This document shows, piece by piece, positions 12,301-19,766 of a stretch of DNA of 64,000 nucleotides. The translations under genes were made by a program, and so were the position numbers. Origin of the DNA: an uncultured Clostridia bacterium (lineage in GTDB: Bacteria; Bacillota; Clostridia; Christensenellales; UBA1242); the NCBI GenBank assembly GCA_944377305.1, contig CALWEL010000001.1, positions 55,512-119,511 on the forward strand, in the 5' to 3' direction. The notes beneath the pieces are model-generated. The model searched no databases. It had not been told where the DNA came from and saw only the letters and a program-made list of their open reading frames with translations. How positions within the stretch are numbered: position 1 is the stretch's first letter; every line of letters starts with the position of its first letter.

Positions 12301-12378
12301 CTGTTGATTATAATTATTATCCTATTGATAATTAGGAAAAAGAAAAAAGAAAAATATAGCGAAAATGAAAAAATTTAG
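6319..12378 (+). CDS. Giant (2019 aa) secreted, C-terminally membrane-anchored surface protein / putative adhesin
   Basis: GAGGG RBS, and the ATG overlaps the trxB stop (ATGA). Has an N-terminal signal peptide and a C-terminal TM followed by 'RKKKKEK'. Recurrent G[YF]x[FL]xG[WY]-like motifs (FTLVGWQ, YSFYGFAY, FYLLGYKIG, YNLIGYTLT, VAFGWT) recall Listeria-Bacteroides/InlB B-repeats. C-terminal YDG/MBG-type repeats are 'KTYDGSASYDP' and 'DKVYDGFADATI...GADALNYKL'. Confidence 0.85.
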   Translation: MRKKVFSLISIISLVIASLFVLWSVGNVYAYEPDELVDSNWLISEGVPYESDTIAGSTSGYGKFLLGQDDVTLTTNALEGFTLVGWQIVYTDSPTNSTYIDSSDLTIGENNVASKTIQFGDGENQVDIRFDYLDTDNDGYYDQGNFNISKVFENLQVVAVFDFIYYNVEVSELVDISAIDSYPSEKINNTDNTIYYTAKSNNGTYTTYSNAIISFNKNGENKLYYYGDLYSYDDEFFTLHNTMTELSTEQRIDYTIGAYRLFDEVEGTFGINIIDQDLYSSINIDIDGVVVMSGSNELNLVQDGDENAYSITNDQYGRTTTLSFTFNIINSYNQESVLKIEYDNLYLANIEAYIDEVACEGENFNDVLQVITVTFFYSQVSDNVYFIKNASENNGNAFRVVAAPKISKVVDAISYDYYQFGSIDDVVAMTSTYPDVNQNITIKVNYNSINYKVDFEFRLYDSSTGNISIPSGDFNLENTIYLTRGDQFTINKSDTSNNVGYSFYGFAYSEFQVNNNTSIDVEIDYDKPQNYTILMLYEYIDYSIKFMNYDQISLNYNSIDYYPISRTTLSVARGSISSTDTITSDDLRQNAQKAINFDLVANIWDSLSIYSELINGFYLLGYKIGGVGDYVNNNSIEFILSSDIISQYANDNDEIEIYVYEDYAKYTLTYYIEASTDTYLDEDVIMADLTYDTTSTNIQIDDSDPNVYIITIGGLKLYDTVNLKAKGKNVNNLELQEEYTYMFVRFTENDKTNLVYSYDLDTDTYTHSETILRDYINIKVVYTMPSARLLISTDRENAYDLNNLAVYQDGAPLTITDSTVIVEAGKNIQVLLNPNGVSDIIAFGYNLIGYTLTSEGVETFISVNDLADPYTFAYNVTSSNMQYLVINFIEVEYHLSILQSGGGAGYDGQYVNFDNQNYKLLSIDDRSFSFDMPEGYYASTVSFIAEDGFAYEYEPMKQTNAYQGNQFDYNLTIQELTDLVGVYGIQNDGYVELNLLVVYQIHTYSITIDFELTNPKNNDYDSMVNYPIMIIQYSYQGLPQEIMGIIANNRVVFEDIPYNCTVIISVSGNIQNGLVAFGWTNAVDEAPNYSHSNSSLTIPNIRQNEYFKYKLSYEAYTINLILDDINRGNPTVLINDVPSNQISLYDNLKINMNANKNNGFRFDNLYYYVYSYQPYVYSDDTWAQKYFNLYIYSNETGYVLNSSSEYNPNTVYFEYTLTQVNYNDSTTYEDGLFDVDNYYIDGGIITFYIEYEYIEISLINDSSNYSDVTLIRGDISIEPSDYATYRIMVTTNGEVRELLEGETVNYLDSVEIFIKFNDARLNENEIYNLSRGVYLAEISMLNNNYTFEATDQEGEYKFGFNISDIISSVPDDGQVIIYYRYLVGEKEITLTTNIDAPTFYTVNNVPRFVMSYDNNMYGFDAQIYSSSGQSFLINNLQFLGKTRINYDFQTIGGVNYAQFFYIKDVKIYDEMGDLLLDSQTATREDYDQYGLAITYDEEGNIQSIDVRFIENIVIKLQVQPNILYNSSEAISVEYINGVYVFTSTFNCDETGEGIEQALSIGTSNDSNIQSSEFILNFLMNENAEYNIFYYDSNGMQVDPTNVGDYNVELRFNDTGEYSWLSSIELSYEVVLRIVPRPISVNYALDETFTKTYDGSASYDPTRLLQYLVFTDGAVTIDYEKFTITQNYSANITYLINGVETPIATANEDVFYNITISNINLAYSQFNNNFVLTNDTLTISSCIKVMKRQLNLIGVEVNDKVYDGFADATIKQDADIRLQGALANDDVHLLVDQLIITFSDASIGANKQVTVNSEDALIGADALNYKLNTSTISATIYPYSVSTHIEGVGDITVSNRRGAVDPSLADLIPIGASLKVEIIEPDTNEYVSIYDKIVRYLSNSRVFVIGYKLKFETNGVSQLIDNNLYLTVPNEDRLTGVVWLTGEQSGTLEYEEQGDNVTVDLAQMSADVNTIIITQQRRLLELWQIILIIISILLLLLIIIIILLIIRKKKKEKYSENEKI

Positions 12379-12386
12379 GAGACGAA

Positions 12387-12929
12387 ATGTTTGAATGCAA
12401 ATACAAATATGAACTTGAAGACTGTTTGACTAGTGCAAAATATGTGTACAAGTCTCAGAAAAGGAAGCAGGACAAAGTAATAGCAATTCTAATCCCGATA
12501 TTGATGGTGGCGATGATAGCAATGTTGATTGTAGATATTGTGACGGATAATTCGTATATACTAGATGTCATTTTGCTGGTGGCATTAGTTGTCCTAGAAA
12601 TTGTCTATCTAATGATTCCTGTGACGCTAAATAAATCGCAAAAGAAAGCTTATTTTAGTCAAAATTTTGACAAAATGGACTACATTCATATCGTGATAGA
12701 TAATTCGCTTTGCACTGAAACATTGTATAAAGATGAGAGTGAACAAGCAAAGGATGTTCACTCTCTGAAATCTCTAACTAGCTTTTTAGAGGACAGTGCG
12801 CGTCTTATCTTGGTGTTTAACAAGGCAGAATATGTATGTTTGCGAAAAGATAAATTGACGGGCGGATTGGATAAACTAAAAGCGCATTTACAAAAATGTA
12901 TGAGCAAAAATATTAATGGGAAAAAATAG
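12387..12929 (+). CDS. YcxB-like two-TM membrane protein (paralog 1)
   Basis: AGGAG RBS, 8 nt after the adhesin stop. A basic N-terminal segment is followed by two adjacent TM helices and a ~90-aa soluble C-domain. The family assignment is tentative and made from memory of the YcxB layout. Confidence 0.5.
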   Translation: MFECKYKYELEDCLTSAKYVYKSQKRKQDKVIAILIPILMVAMIAMLIVDIVTDNSYILDVILLVALVVLEIVYLMIPVTLNKSQKKAYFSQNFDKMDYIHIVIDNSLCTETLYKDESEQAKDVHSLKSLTSFLEDSARLILVFNKAEYVCLRKDKLTGGLDKLKAHLQKCMSKNINGKK

Positions 12930-12934
12930 GAATT

Positions 12935-13486
12935 ATGTTTGAATCACGTTTCAATTTTACTGTAGAAGATAATATAGCAGGAACAATTTACACAACAAGG
13001 AAGAAAAATAAAAAGTTGGCTATCATACTATATTTATTATTGGCTCTGTGTATAATTTTTTCAATCGTGACACTGATATTAGATGTTTTGGCTGGAGAAA
13101 GTTTTGCGTTTGACATTTTCTTGATCTTGTTGGCGGTTGGCATTGGTGTTTTCTTTTGCTTCTCTCCTAAGATGTGGAAAAAATCTGCAATCAAATCTTA
13201 TGAAGAATTTATTGCTCCAAACAATTATTGCGTTGTGATATTTGACGAGGATAGTTGCAAGGTTTCATTTTATAAGGATCAAGAAGAAGTCAGCAAAATG
13301 GTTCTCGATCTAAATAATATCACTGCAGGTTTTGAAGATCAGGAGAGGCTGGTGGTGGTGTTTGACAAAACTCAATTTGCTGTTGTCAAAAAAGATGGAT
13401 TGAAAGGGGATATACAAGCACTCAAAGATTTGATTGAAAAACATCTTGATAACAATGAAACTATTACTTATATGACTAAAATTTAA
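12935..13486 (+). CDS. YcxB-like two-TM membrane protein (paralog 2)
   Basis: Starts 5 nt after paralog 1. Same length class and layout, with a shared N-terminus (MFEC/SK/RF.. vs MFESRFNF..) and a shared C-terminal pattern (..RL[IV]LVF[ND]K..F/Y..V/L.K..L.G...LK..L). Confidence 0.5.
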   Translation: MFESRFNFTVEDNIAGTIYTTRKKNKKLAIILYLLLALCIIFSIVTLILDVLAGESFAFDIFLILLAVGIGVFFCFSPKMWKKSAIKSYEEFIAPNNYCVVIFDEDSCKVSFYKDQEEVSKMVLDLNNITAGFEDQERLVVVFDKTQFAVVKKDGLKGDIQALKDLIEKHLDNNETITYMTKI

Positions 13487-13562
13487 TTATAGAATCTCAA
13501 ATCGGCAACTTTATGCTGATTTTTTCTTGGCGAAAAATAAAAATTTTGATATAATACTTTAT

Positions 13563-14153
13563 ATGAAAACCGAAATAACAGTACAATTATATGATGATGT
13601 CCATACTCTTCTAACAAAGTTAAGAAATAAAAATGCAAAATTTGTAGAAGAATATCAAATAAATGATTTTTATTTCTCTAAATATTCGGATTCGGAAATC
13701 AATTCAAAAAAATATAAGGATATTTTGGATAACTCATTCATAGTCCGTGAGGTCGTGGATGGCAAAAGTAAGAGAGCAAAAATTGTCTACAAAACTAAAA
13801 AATTGGACCAAGAAGGCAACGTCATCGCAGAGGATAAACTCAGTGTTAATATAGACAATGCGGAGCGAACAGTTGATTTATTCAATAGAGCAGGATTAAA
13901 CTGTTGGTGCGAATTGAAAAATCATTCATTTGTTTATTCTATAAGTGGAGTTGAATTTGTTATTCAAGTAGTAGAAGATTTAGGTATTTTTATTGAGTGT
14001 GAAGAAAATAACTCTATAGAACATTTATCTAGTGATGAAAAATTCGAATACTTGAAGAAATTTATCCTTGGTCTAGGATTGGAAATAGGGGATGATTTCA
14101 GTTGTAAAAAAGTGTATATGAAATATTTGAAAGACAAAGGTCTAACCATTTAG
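13563..14153 (+). CDS. CYTH-like (CyaB/ThTPase-fold) protein with degenerate N-terminal motif
   Basis: Pattern 'EITVQL..Q.NDFYF...IVREV...IVYKTKK...VEDLGIFIECEE' follows the CYTH strand order. The C-terminal 'G.F.E.E' is kept, but the N-terminal ExExK reads E-I-T-V-Q. The start is ambiguous (ATG 13563 or TTG 13527). Confidence 0.55.
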   Translation: MKTEITVQLYDDVHTLLTKLRNKNAKFVEEYQINDFYFSKYSDSEINSKKYKDILDNSFIVREVVDGKSKRAKIVYKTKKLDQEGNVIAEDKLSVNIDNAERTVDLFNRAGLNCWCELKNHSFVYSISGVEFVIQVVEDLGIFIECEENNSIEHLSSDEKFEYLKKFILGLGLEIGDDFSCKKVYMKYLKDKGLTI

Positions 14154-14182
14154 AAATATATTAAATATTTATCATTGATATA

Positions 14183-14234
14183 AAAAATGACCAGCGAAGT
14201 CTATGATTTGTAGAGCTTCAGAATGGTCTTTTTT
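14183..14234. terminator. Bidirectional terminator between convergent genes
   Basis: GACCA..GAAG (14189-14199) pairs with CTTC..TGGTC (14216-14228). It is flanked by an A6 run on the left and a T6 run on the right. Confidence 0.4.
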
Positions 14235-15006
14235 ATTTCTGCCCATTATTTTGTGGTGGATTAGTGGCTTTATTGAAATTGTTGTTAGTGACAGTCCTGT
14301 TTGGGTTGGTAGGAGGATTGATCGGCTGTTGATTGGGCGCAGGATTTTGAACAGTGTTTGTTGATTGCTTACTGCCAACCGGATTATTGATCGTTTTAGG
14401 CTGTGAATTTTGATTGAAACTTTGCGGGTTATATTGAGGTTGATTCATAATCCTAGGTTGAGTATTTGTATTTTGTATATTATTTGTATGAACATTAGGG
14501 TTCGAATTATTAGCAAATTGGACTCCTGACATAGTTGCTTGATTGTAATCTGATTCAGTAGATAGGTTCTCATCTTTTAGTTTTGCATTTCGCTTCATAT
14601 TATTTGACTTTTTCACGCTTAAACCGATATCTTTTCTACAATGCAATTTGAATTGTGCGATTCTGGCTTCAGTGATAGGTGAATTGTTTTCAATTGCTAG
14701 ACTATAAAATTCATCTGCTACACGAACGTCACTGACAACGCACAATAATTCATTGTATACATTTTTTGCACGTTCATTAAATTCTGTGTTTAAAATGATC
14801 TGTCCACCTTTTGTTTGAATTTCATCTGCCAATTTAAAAGAATTCTCAATAGCGGTCTTTTTTAGTTCGAAATTTCGACTAAATAATATAACATCTTTAT
14901 CTAAAATATCCAATATGTTTTTCCTTGTCAAATATATTATAATCACAGCGAAGATTGAAACAAATAACCCTGCTACACCACCCCACATTGCAATAGTTGT
15001 CCACAT
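14233..15006 (-). CDS. N-terminally membrane-anchored protein with Q/N/P-rich low-complexity tail
   Basis: 257-aa ORF. A single N-terminal TM (WGGVAGLFVSIFAVIIIYL) is followed by TRKN, then a helical middle domain. The last ~110 aa are dominated by N/Q/P/T (..NQPQYNPQSFNQNSQPKTINNP..). Confidence 0.6.
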   Translation of the reverse strand: MWTTIAMWGGVAGLFVSIFAVIIIYLTRKNILDILDKDVILFSRNFELKKTAIENSFKLADEIQTKGGQIILNTEFNERAKNVYNELLCVVSDVRVADEFYSLAIENNSPITEARIAQFKLHCRKDIGLSVKKSNNMKRNAKLKDENLSTESDYNQATMSGVQFANNSNPNVHTNNIQNTNTQPRIMNQPQYNPQSFNQNSQPKTINNPVGSKQSTNTVQNPAPNQQPINPPTNPNRTVTNNNFNKATNPPQNNGQK

Positions 15007-15199
15007 ACGTACCCCCTAAATTTAATAGTATTATACCAAATTAATTCAAATATAACAAATAATTCAAAAGAAAATATTAGGAGAAAAAGAATTTTATTGG
15101 AAAATTATATAATAACTATGCAAAGAAAAAAATCTAATTGATATTCTAAACAATCAATTGAATTGTTAATTGAATTTTTGCAAATTAAATAGAAAAATG

Positions 15200-15228
15200 A
15201 ATAGAAAAAACGGCAATATAGCCGTTTT
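15200..15228 (-). terminator. hup terminator
   Basis: On the minus strand, AACGGC-TATATT-GCCGTT is followed by TTTTTCTATT, directly after the hup stop codon. Confidence 0.6.
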
Positions 15229-15229
15229 C

Positions 15230-15514
15230 CTATTTTTTCAACAATTGTTTGAAAGAAGCGCTAAGTTTAACTGTAGGTACTTTGCAGGCCGCAACCTTGA
15301 CTTTCTCACCAGTGAAAGGATTGAGTTTTACACCAGCCTTTTTAGCTTTGATGCCGATGTTGAAGTATCCGATGAAGTGCATTTCTTTGCCTGCTTTGAG
15401 ATTTTCTTTGATCTTCTCGCCAGCAGTGTTTAAGATTGATTTGATTTGGGTCTGCGTGAAACCGGTTGCATCTGCCACCTGTTTAATGAAATCCCCTGCG
15501 CTAATTGTATTCAT
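15230..15514 (-). CDS. hup: HU-family nucleoid-associated DNA-binding protein
   Basis: 94 aa with an AAAGGAG RBS. The sequences '..FIKQVADATGFTQTQIKSILNTAGEKIKENLKAGKE..F.G.F' and 'NPFTGEKVKVAACKVP.FK' show the typical HU/IHF fold pattern. Confidence 0.92.
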   Translation of the reverse strand: MNTISAGDFIKQVADATGFTQTQIKSILNTAGEKIKENLKAGKEMHFIGYFNIGIKAKKAGVKLNPFTGEKVKVAACKVPTVKLSASFKQLLKK

Positions 15515-15693
15515 ACTTTTCTCCTTTTTATCCGTTGAAATCTCAACTTATGAAAATGCTATCAAATAAATTATAAAAAATCAACTATTTTTAAGGGGTT
15601 TTCAAAAATTTTGTATCCCTATATTGACTCTTTTATTGCAATTTTTTTATATTTATGTTATTATATTGTCTATAATTATTTTACGAGGTTAAT

Positions 15694-17511
15694 ATGATGG
15701 ACATTAGAAATATAGCAATTATTGCACACGTAGATCACGGCAAAACGAGTTTGGTCAATGCCTTGCTTAAACAGGGAGGTATTTTTCGTGAAAATCAAGA
15801 AGTTCAAGATAGAGTGATGGATTCCAACGCACTAGAACGAGAGAGAGGGATTACGATTTTATCCAAAAATTGTTCGGCTTTTTATAACGAGACCAAAATA
15901 AATATAGTAGATACTCCAGGTCACGCTGATTTTGGCGGTGAGGTGGAGCGTGTGCTCAAAATGGTGGACGGTGTGTTGCTGGTGGTTGATGCATTTGAGG
16001 GACCTATGCCACAGACTAGATTCGTCCTTGAAAAAGCGCTTGCGCTCAATCTAAAAGTCATCATTGTGATCAACAAGATAGATCGACCAGACGCACGTCT
16101 TGATGTGGTGGCGGACGAAGTGCTCGAACTTATGCTTGACTTGAATGCTAATGACGAGCAGTTGGATAGCCCTATCATCTATTGTTCTGCACGAAACGGA
16201 GTGGCTAGCACGGATTATAAAGTTCAGGGCACGGATATGAAACCTCTATTTGAAGCGATCATCAATCACATTGATCCACCGAATATGGATATGGATGCAC
16301 CTTTTCAGATGTTAATTTCATCCACCGAACAGAATGATTATCTTGGCAAACTTGCAGTCGGCAAGATCGAAACGGGAAAAATCAAACTCAATCAAACTCT
16401 ATATATCACGAATTATTTTGATGAAAGCAAACACTACACTGGCAAGGTAGTGAATATTTTCAATTTTAACGGACTCAAACGTGACTCAATAGAAGAAGGG
16501 ACGGCAGGAGATATAGTCTGTATAGCAGGTATTCCTGACATAACAATTGGAGATACTGTGAGTGAGACAGCGGATATGAAACCGATTGAATTTGTGAAAA
16601 TTAGTGAGCCGAACGTTGAGATGACATTTATGGTAAACGATAGTCCATTTGCAGGCAAAGAGGGCAAATATGTCACGAGTAGGCACTTAAAGGACAGATT
16701 GTATAAAGAAGCTGTGAAGGATCTATCTTTGCAAGTAGAGGATGGTGCTACCGCCGATCAGTTCAAAGTGCGTGGGCGTGGTGAAATGCATCTATCAATA
16801 CTGATTGAAAATATGCGTAGGGATGGGTACGAATTTCAAGTGAGCAGACCACGTGCGCTATTCAAGACGATAGACGGTGTCAGATATGAGCCGATTGATA
16901 AAGTGGTTTTAGATGTTCCAGAAGATGCTGTCGGTGCGGTTATGCAATCAATGGGAGTGAAAAAGGGTGAATTATTAGATATGTCACCAATAGGTAGTAG
17001 AATGAGATTGCAATTCTTGGTGCCAAGTCGCGGATTGTTTGGTTATAAATCACAAATGCTTACTGATACTCGTGGTGAGGGAGTGATGTCGTCTGTTTTC
17101 TATGATTATGAGCCATACAAGGGTGAGATTGAAGGGCGCAATTTTGGATCTCTCATCTCGTATGAGACTGGCGAAGCGGTGACCTACGGACTATTCAATG
17201 CGCAAGGAAGAGGTAGATTGCTCGTGCGACCAGGAGACAAGGTATATATGGGACAAGTTGTTGGCTCAAATCCTAAGGGAGATGACATAGTGGTCAACGT
17301 GTGCAAGAAAAAGCAATTGACCAACACGCGTAGCAGTGCTAGTGATGAGGCGCTTAAGCTGATTCCTATTCAAGACCTGTCATTAGAGGGCGCGCTTGAA
17401 TTCATTGCGGATGACGAATTGGTAGAGGTGACCCCTCACTCCATTCGAATTAGAAAGGCGATTTTGGATCATCAATTGCGTGCAAAATCTAGAAAACCAA
17501 TCGTGGAGTAG
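15694..17511 (+). CDS. typA: Translational GTPase TypA/BipA
   Basis: G1 'AHVDHGKTS', G3 'DTPGHADF' and G4 'NKID'. The 605-aa length and C-terminal region are characteristic of BipA. Confidence 0.95.
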   Translation: MMDIRNIAIIAHVDHGKTSLVNALLKQGGIFRENQEVQDRVMDSNALERERGITILSKNCSAFYNETKINIVDTPGHADFGGEVERVLKMVDGVLLVVDAFEGPMPQTRFVLEKALALNLKVIIVINKIDRPDARLDVVADEVLELMLDLNANDEQLDSPIIYCSARNGVASTDYKVQGTDMKPLFEAIINHIDPPNMDMDAPFQMLISSTEQNDYLGKLAVGKIETGKIKLNQTLYITNYFDESKHYTGKVVNIFNFNGLKRDSIEEGTAGDIVCIAGIPDITIGDTVSETADMKPIEFVKISEPNVEMTFMVNDSPFAGKEGKYVTSRHLKDRLYKEAVKDLSLQVEDGATADQFKVRGRGEMHLSILIENMRRDGYEFQVSRPRALFKTIDGVRYEPIDKVVLDVPEDAVGAVMQSMGVKKGELLDMSPIGSRMRLQFLVPSRGLFGYKSQMLTDTRGEGVMSSVFYDYEPYKGEIEGRNFGSLISYETGEAVTYGLFNAQGRGRLLVRPGDKVYMGQVVGSNPKGDDIVVNVCKKKQLTNTRSSASDEALKLIPIQDLSLEGALEFIADDELVEVTPHSIRIRKAILDHQLRAKSRKPIVE

Positions 17512-17512
17512 T

Positions 17513-17770
17513 ATGAGAGACAATAGAAATGAAGTTTATGACAATGCTATGAAAGTGGCTAAGCGAATTGCTATCACAATGTTATGTTGTGTGCCGTTTT
17601 TGATAGTCTTTGCATATCTTATGCGCAACATTATCACTTCAAACGGCTTGCAGATTTTCTTGTTCGTATTGATTATGGGAGTAGTTGTGTTAATAGAAGA
17701 GTTGCTCGTTAGGCGAAAGAACAAATGCGAATCAAAAATTGAGGAAGATAAAAAAGATGTGTTTAAATAA
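17513..17770 (+). CDS. Small two-TM membrane protein
   Basis: ATG lies 2 nt after the typA stop and is in frame with ORF-track 17480..17770. Two hydrophobic helices are followed by a basic tail. Confidence 0.45.
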   Translation: MRDNRNEVYDNAMKVAKRIAITMLCCVPFLIVFAYLMRNIITSNGLQIFLFVLIMGVVVLIEELLVRRKNKCESKIEEDKKDVFK

Positions 17771-17900
17771 AGATTTCAATTTTTGACTCTAATTAAAGGA
17801 AATGTTGCTAAAGGCATTAAAATACGATTAGAGTATTGAATCGCTATTACAAGTCAATTTTAAATTATGCACTTGAATATGTATTGAAAAGGAGAAAACA

Positions 17901-19334
17901 ATGGATAAAAAACCTAAGATTTTACCAAATGATCTAGAGGCAGAGCAAAGTTTGCTTGGCTGTCTATTCCTGTCAGTAGATGCGTGCACAGATGTGTTTG
18001 TGAGTCTGAATGCGAAAGACTTTTATTCAATCGCACATCAGAAGATCTATCAGGCAATGCTAGATAATTATTTCAAAGACGTAGCGATAGACTATATCAC
18101 TGTCAGCAAAGTGCTTGAAACCAAAGGCGAACTAGAAGAGGTCGGAGGACTTGGATATATCATAGATTTGACAAATTTTGTGCCGAGTGCTGCAAACTAC
18201 AAATATTATCGAGATATTGTGAAAAACGATAGCGTCTTGCGTCAAATTGTGGAGGCTTCTCAGCAAACAATTAATGATGTGTTTGAACGAGGTAGTGCGC
18301 AAGAGGTGCTAGAGAGTGCGGAAAAACGTATCTTTGATATATCTCAAACGCGTAGAACGGGTGATCTAGAGCATATCAAAAAGGGGGTCAGTGAAGCGAT
18401 TGACCTTATGGAAAAGATTTCAATAGACCCTAATGCAAATATGGGAGTCAAGACGGGATTCCCAACTCTTGACAAAATTACTAATGGCTTCAAGCCCGGT
18501 GAACTCATTATCATCGCTGCGCGCCCCGGTATAGGTAAGACTACTTTGGCTGTGAATTTTGCAGTGAACTCTGCTTTGAAATATAATAAATATATAGCAA
18601 TGTTTGACCTTGAGATGTCTGCTCTGCAAGTGGCACAGCGATTTATCTGCTCGACTGGACGTGTGCCAATGGATTTTGTGAAAGGTGGCACCAAGGACAA
18701 TAACGTTTGGGCAACGATGTTTGAAACAAAGAAAATTCTCGAAAATTCAAATATCTATATAGACGATACCACGACTATTACGCCAGCAGAAATATTGTCA
18801 AAATGTAGGAGATTGAAAGCTCAATATGGGTTAGATATGGTGATAATAGATTATCTTCAATTGATGAAAGGAGAGAGAGCAACCAAGGACAACAATCGTC
18901 AGCAAGAGGTTGCGGACCTGACGCGTAGTATAAAACTTGCAGCGCGCGAGTTGGGCGTGCCAATTATCCTACTATCACAACTCAATCGTGAGAGCGAAAA
19001 ACGTGCGGACAAAACTCCGCAATTAAGTGATCTTAGGGAATCTGGAAGCATAGAGCAAGATGCGGATATCGTTATGTTCATATCCGATGTGTCTAGTGAA
19101 AGTGCAAGCGAAAGTGCGGATGATGCTCTTGACTATTCGCTAGTGATCGCAAAACATAGAAATGGTATGCGAGGCACAATTCCAATCAAATGGAAGAGTG
19201 AATTCACTCAATTCTACGAGCCAGGTAAAGATAATTTATATACTAAAAACACTAGCAAAGTGCAGAAAGAAAAAGACGTCGTACTGACTCCAATGGAGAA
19301 CAGCGAAATAGAAGATATATTCAAAGATGAATAA
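17901..19334 (+). CDS. dnaB: Replicative DNA helicase DnaB
   Basis: AAAGGAG RBS. Contains N-terminal 'LPNDLEAEQSLLGC', Walker A 'ARPGIGKTT', and 'IIDYLQLM' and 'SQLNRE' motifs. Confidence 0.95.
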   Translation: MDKKPKILPNDLEAEQSLLGCLFLSVDACTDVFVSLNAKDFYSIAHQKIYQAMLDNYFKDVAIDYITVSKVLETKGELEEVGGLGYIIDLTNFVPSAANYKYYRDIVKNDSVLRQIVEASQQTINDVFERGSAQEVLESAEKRIFDISQTRRTGDLEHIKKGVSEAIDLMEKISIDPNANMGVKTGFPTLDKITNGFKPGELIIIAARPGIGKTTLAVNFAVNSALKYNKYIAMFDLEMSALQVAQRFICSTGRVPMDFVKGGTKDNNVWATMFETKKILENSNIYIDDTTTITPAEILSKCRRLKAQYGLDMVIIDYLQLMKGERATKDNNRQQEVADLTRSIKLAARELGVPIILLSQLNRESEKRADKTPQLSDLRESGSIEQDADIVMFISDVSSESASESADDALDYSLVIAKHRNGMRGTIPIKWKSEFTQFYEPGKDNLYTKNTSKVQKEKDVVLTPMENSEIEDIFKDE

Positions 19335-19345
19335 AAGGAGATAAT

Positions 19346-19765
19346 ATGTTGATTGATGAGATTAAAAAGGATAATGTTCAGGCAATGAAAGACCACGACA
19401 GCGTAGCACGTGCAATCTTTGGTGTTGTGATGAATAAGGTGCTATTAAATAGCATTGAACTGAAAAATGACGGCAAAGAGCAAGCGGACAGCGATGTCGT
19501 CCAAATCATTCAAAAGACGATAAAAGAACTAACAGAGGAAAGAGAAAGTTATCTTAAAGTTAAAAATGAAACTGAGGCTGGAAATATCGCTAAGCAGATT
19601 GAAATAATTTCAAAGTATCTTCCAAAGATGATGACGGAAGAGGAAATTAAGACAGTCATTAATTCACTAGAAGACAAGTCAATTCCGTCAGTGATGAAAC
19701 ACTTCAAAGCAAATTATGCTGGGAAAGTAGATATGAGTTTGGTAAACAAGATCGCGAGAGGATAA
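19346..19765 (+). CDS. yqeY: GatB/YqeY domain protein
   Basis: 139 aa with an AAGGAG RBS. The YqeY pattern includes '..YLPKMMTEEEIKTVI..' and a C-terminal 'AGKVDMSLVNKIA'. Confidence 0.8.
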   Translation: MLIDEIKKDNVQAMKDHDSVARAIFGVVMNKVLLNSIELKNDGKEQADSDVVQIIQKTIKELTEERESYLKVKNETEAGNIAKQIEIISKYLPKMMTEEEIKTVINSLEDKSIPSVMKHFKANYAGKVDMSLVNKIARG

Positions 19766-19766
19766 A

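Noticed and set aside
15170-15569. ORFs 15170..15433(+) and 15249..15569(+)
   Set aside because: Both lie antisense to the clearly recognisable HU gene (15230..15514, minus strand), which has its own RBS and terminator.
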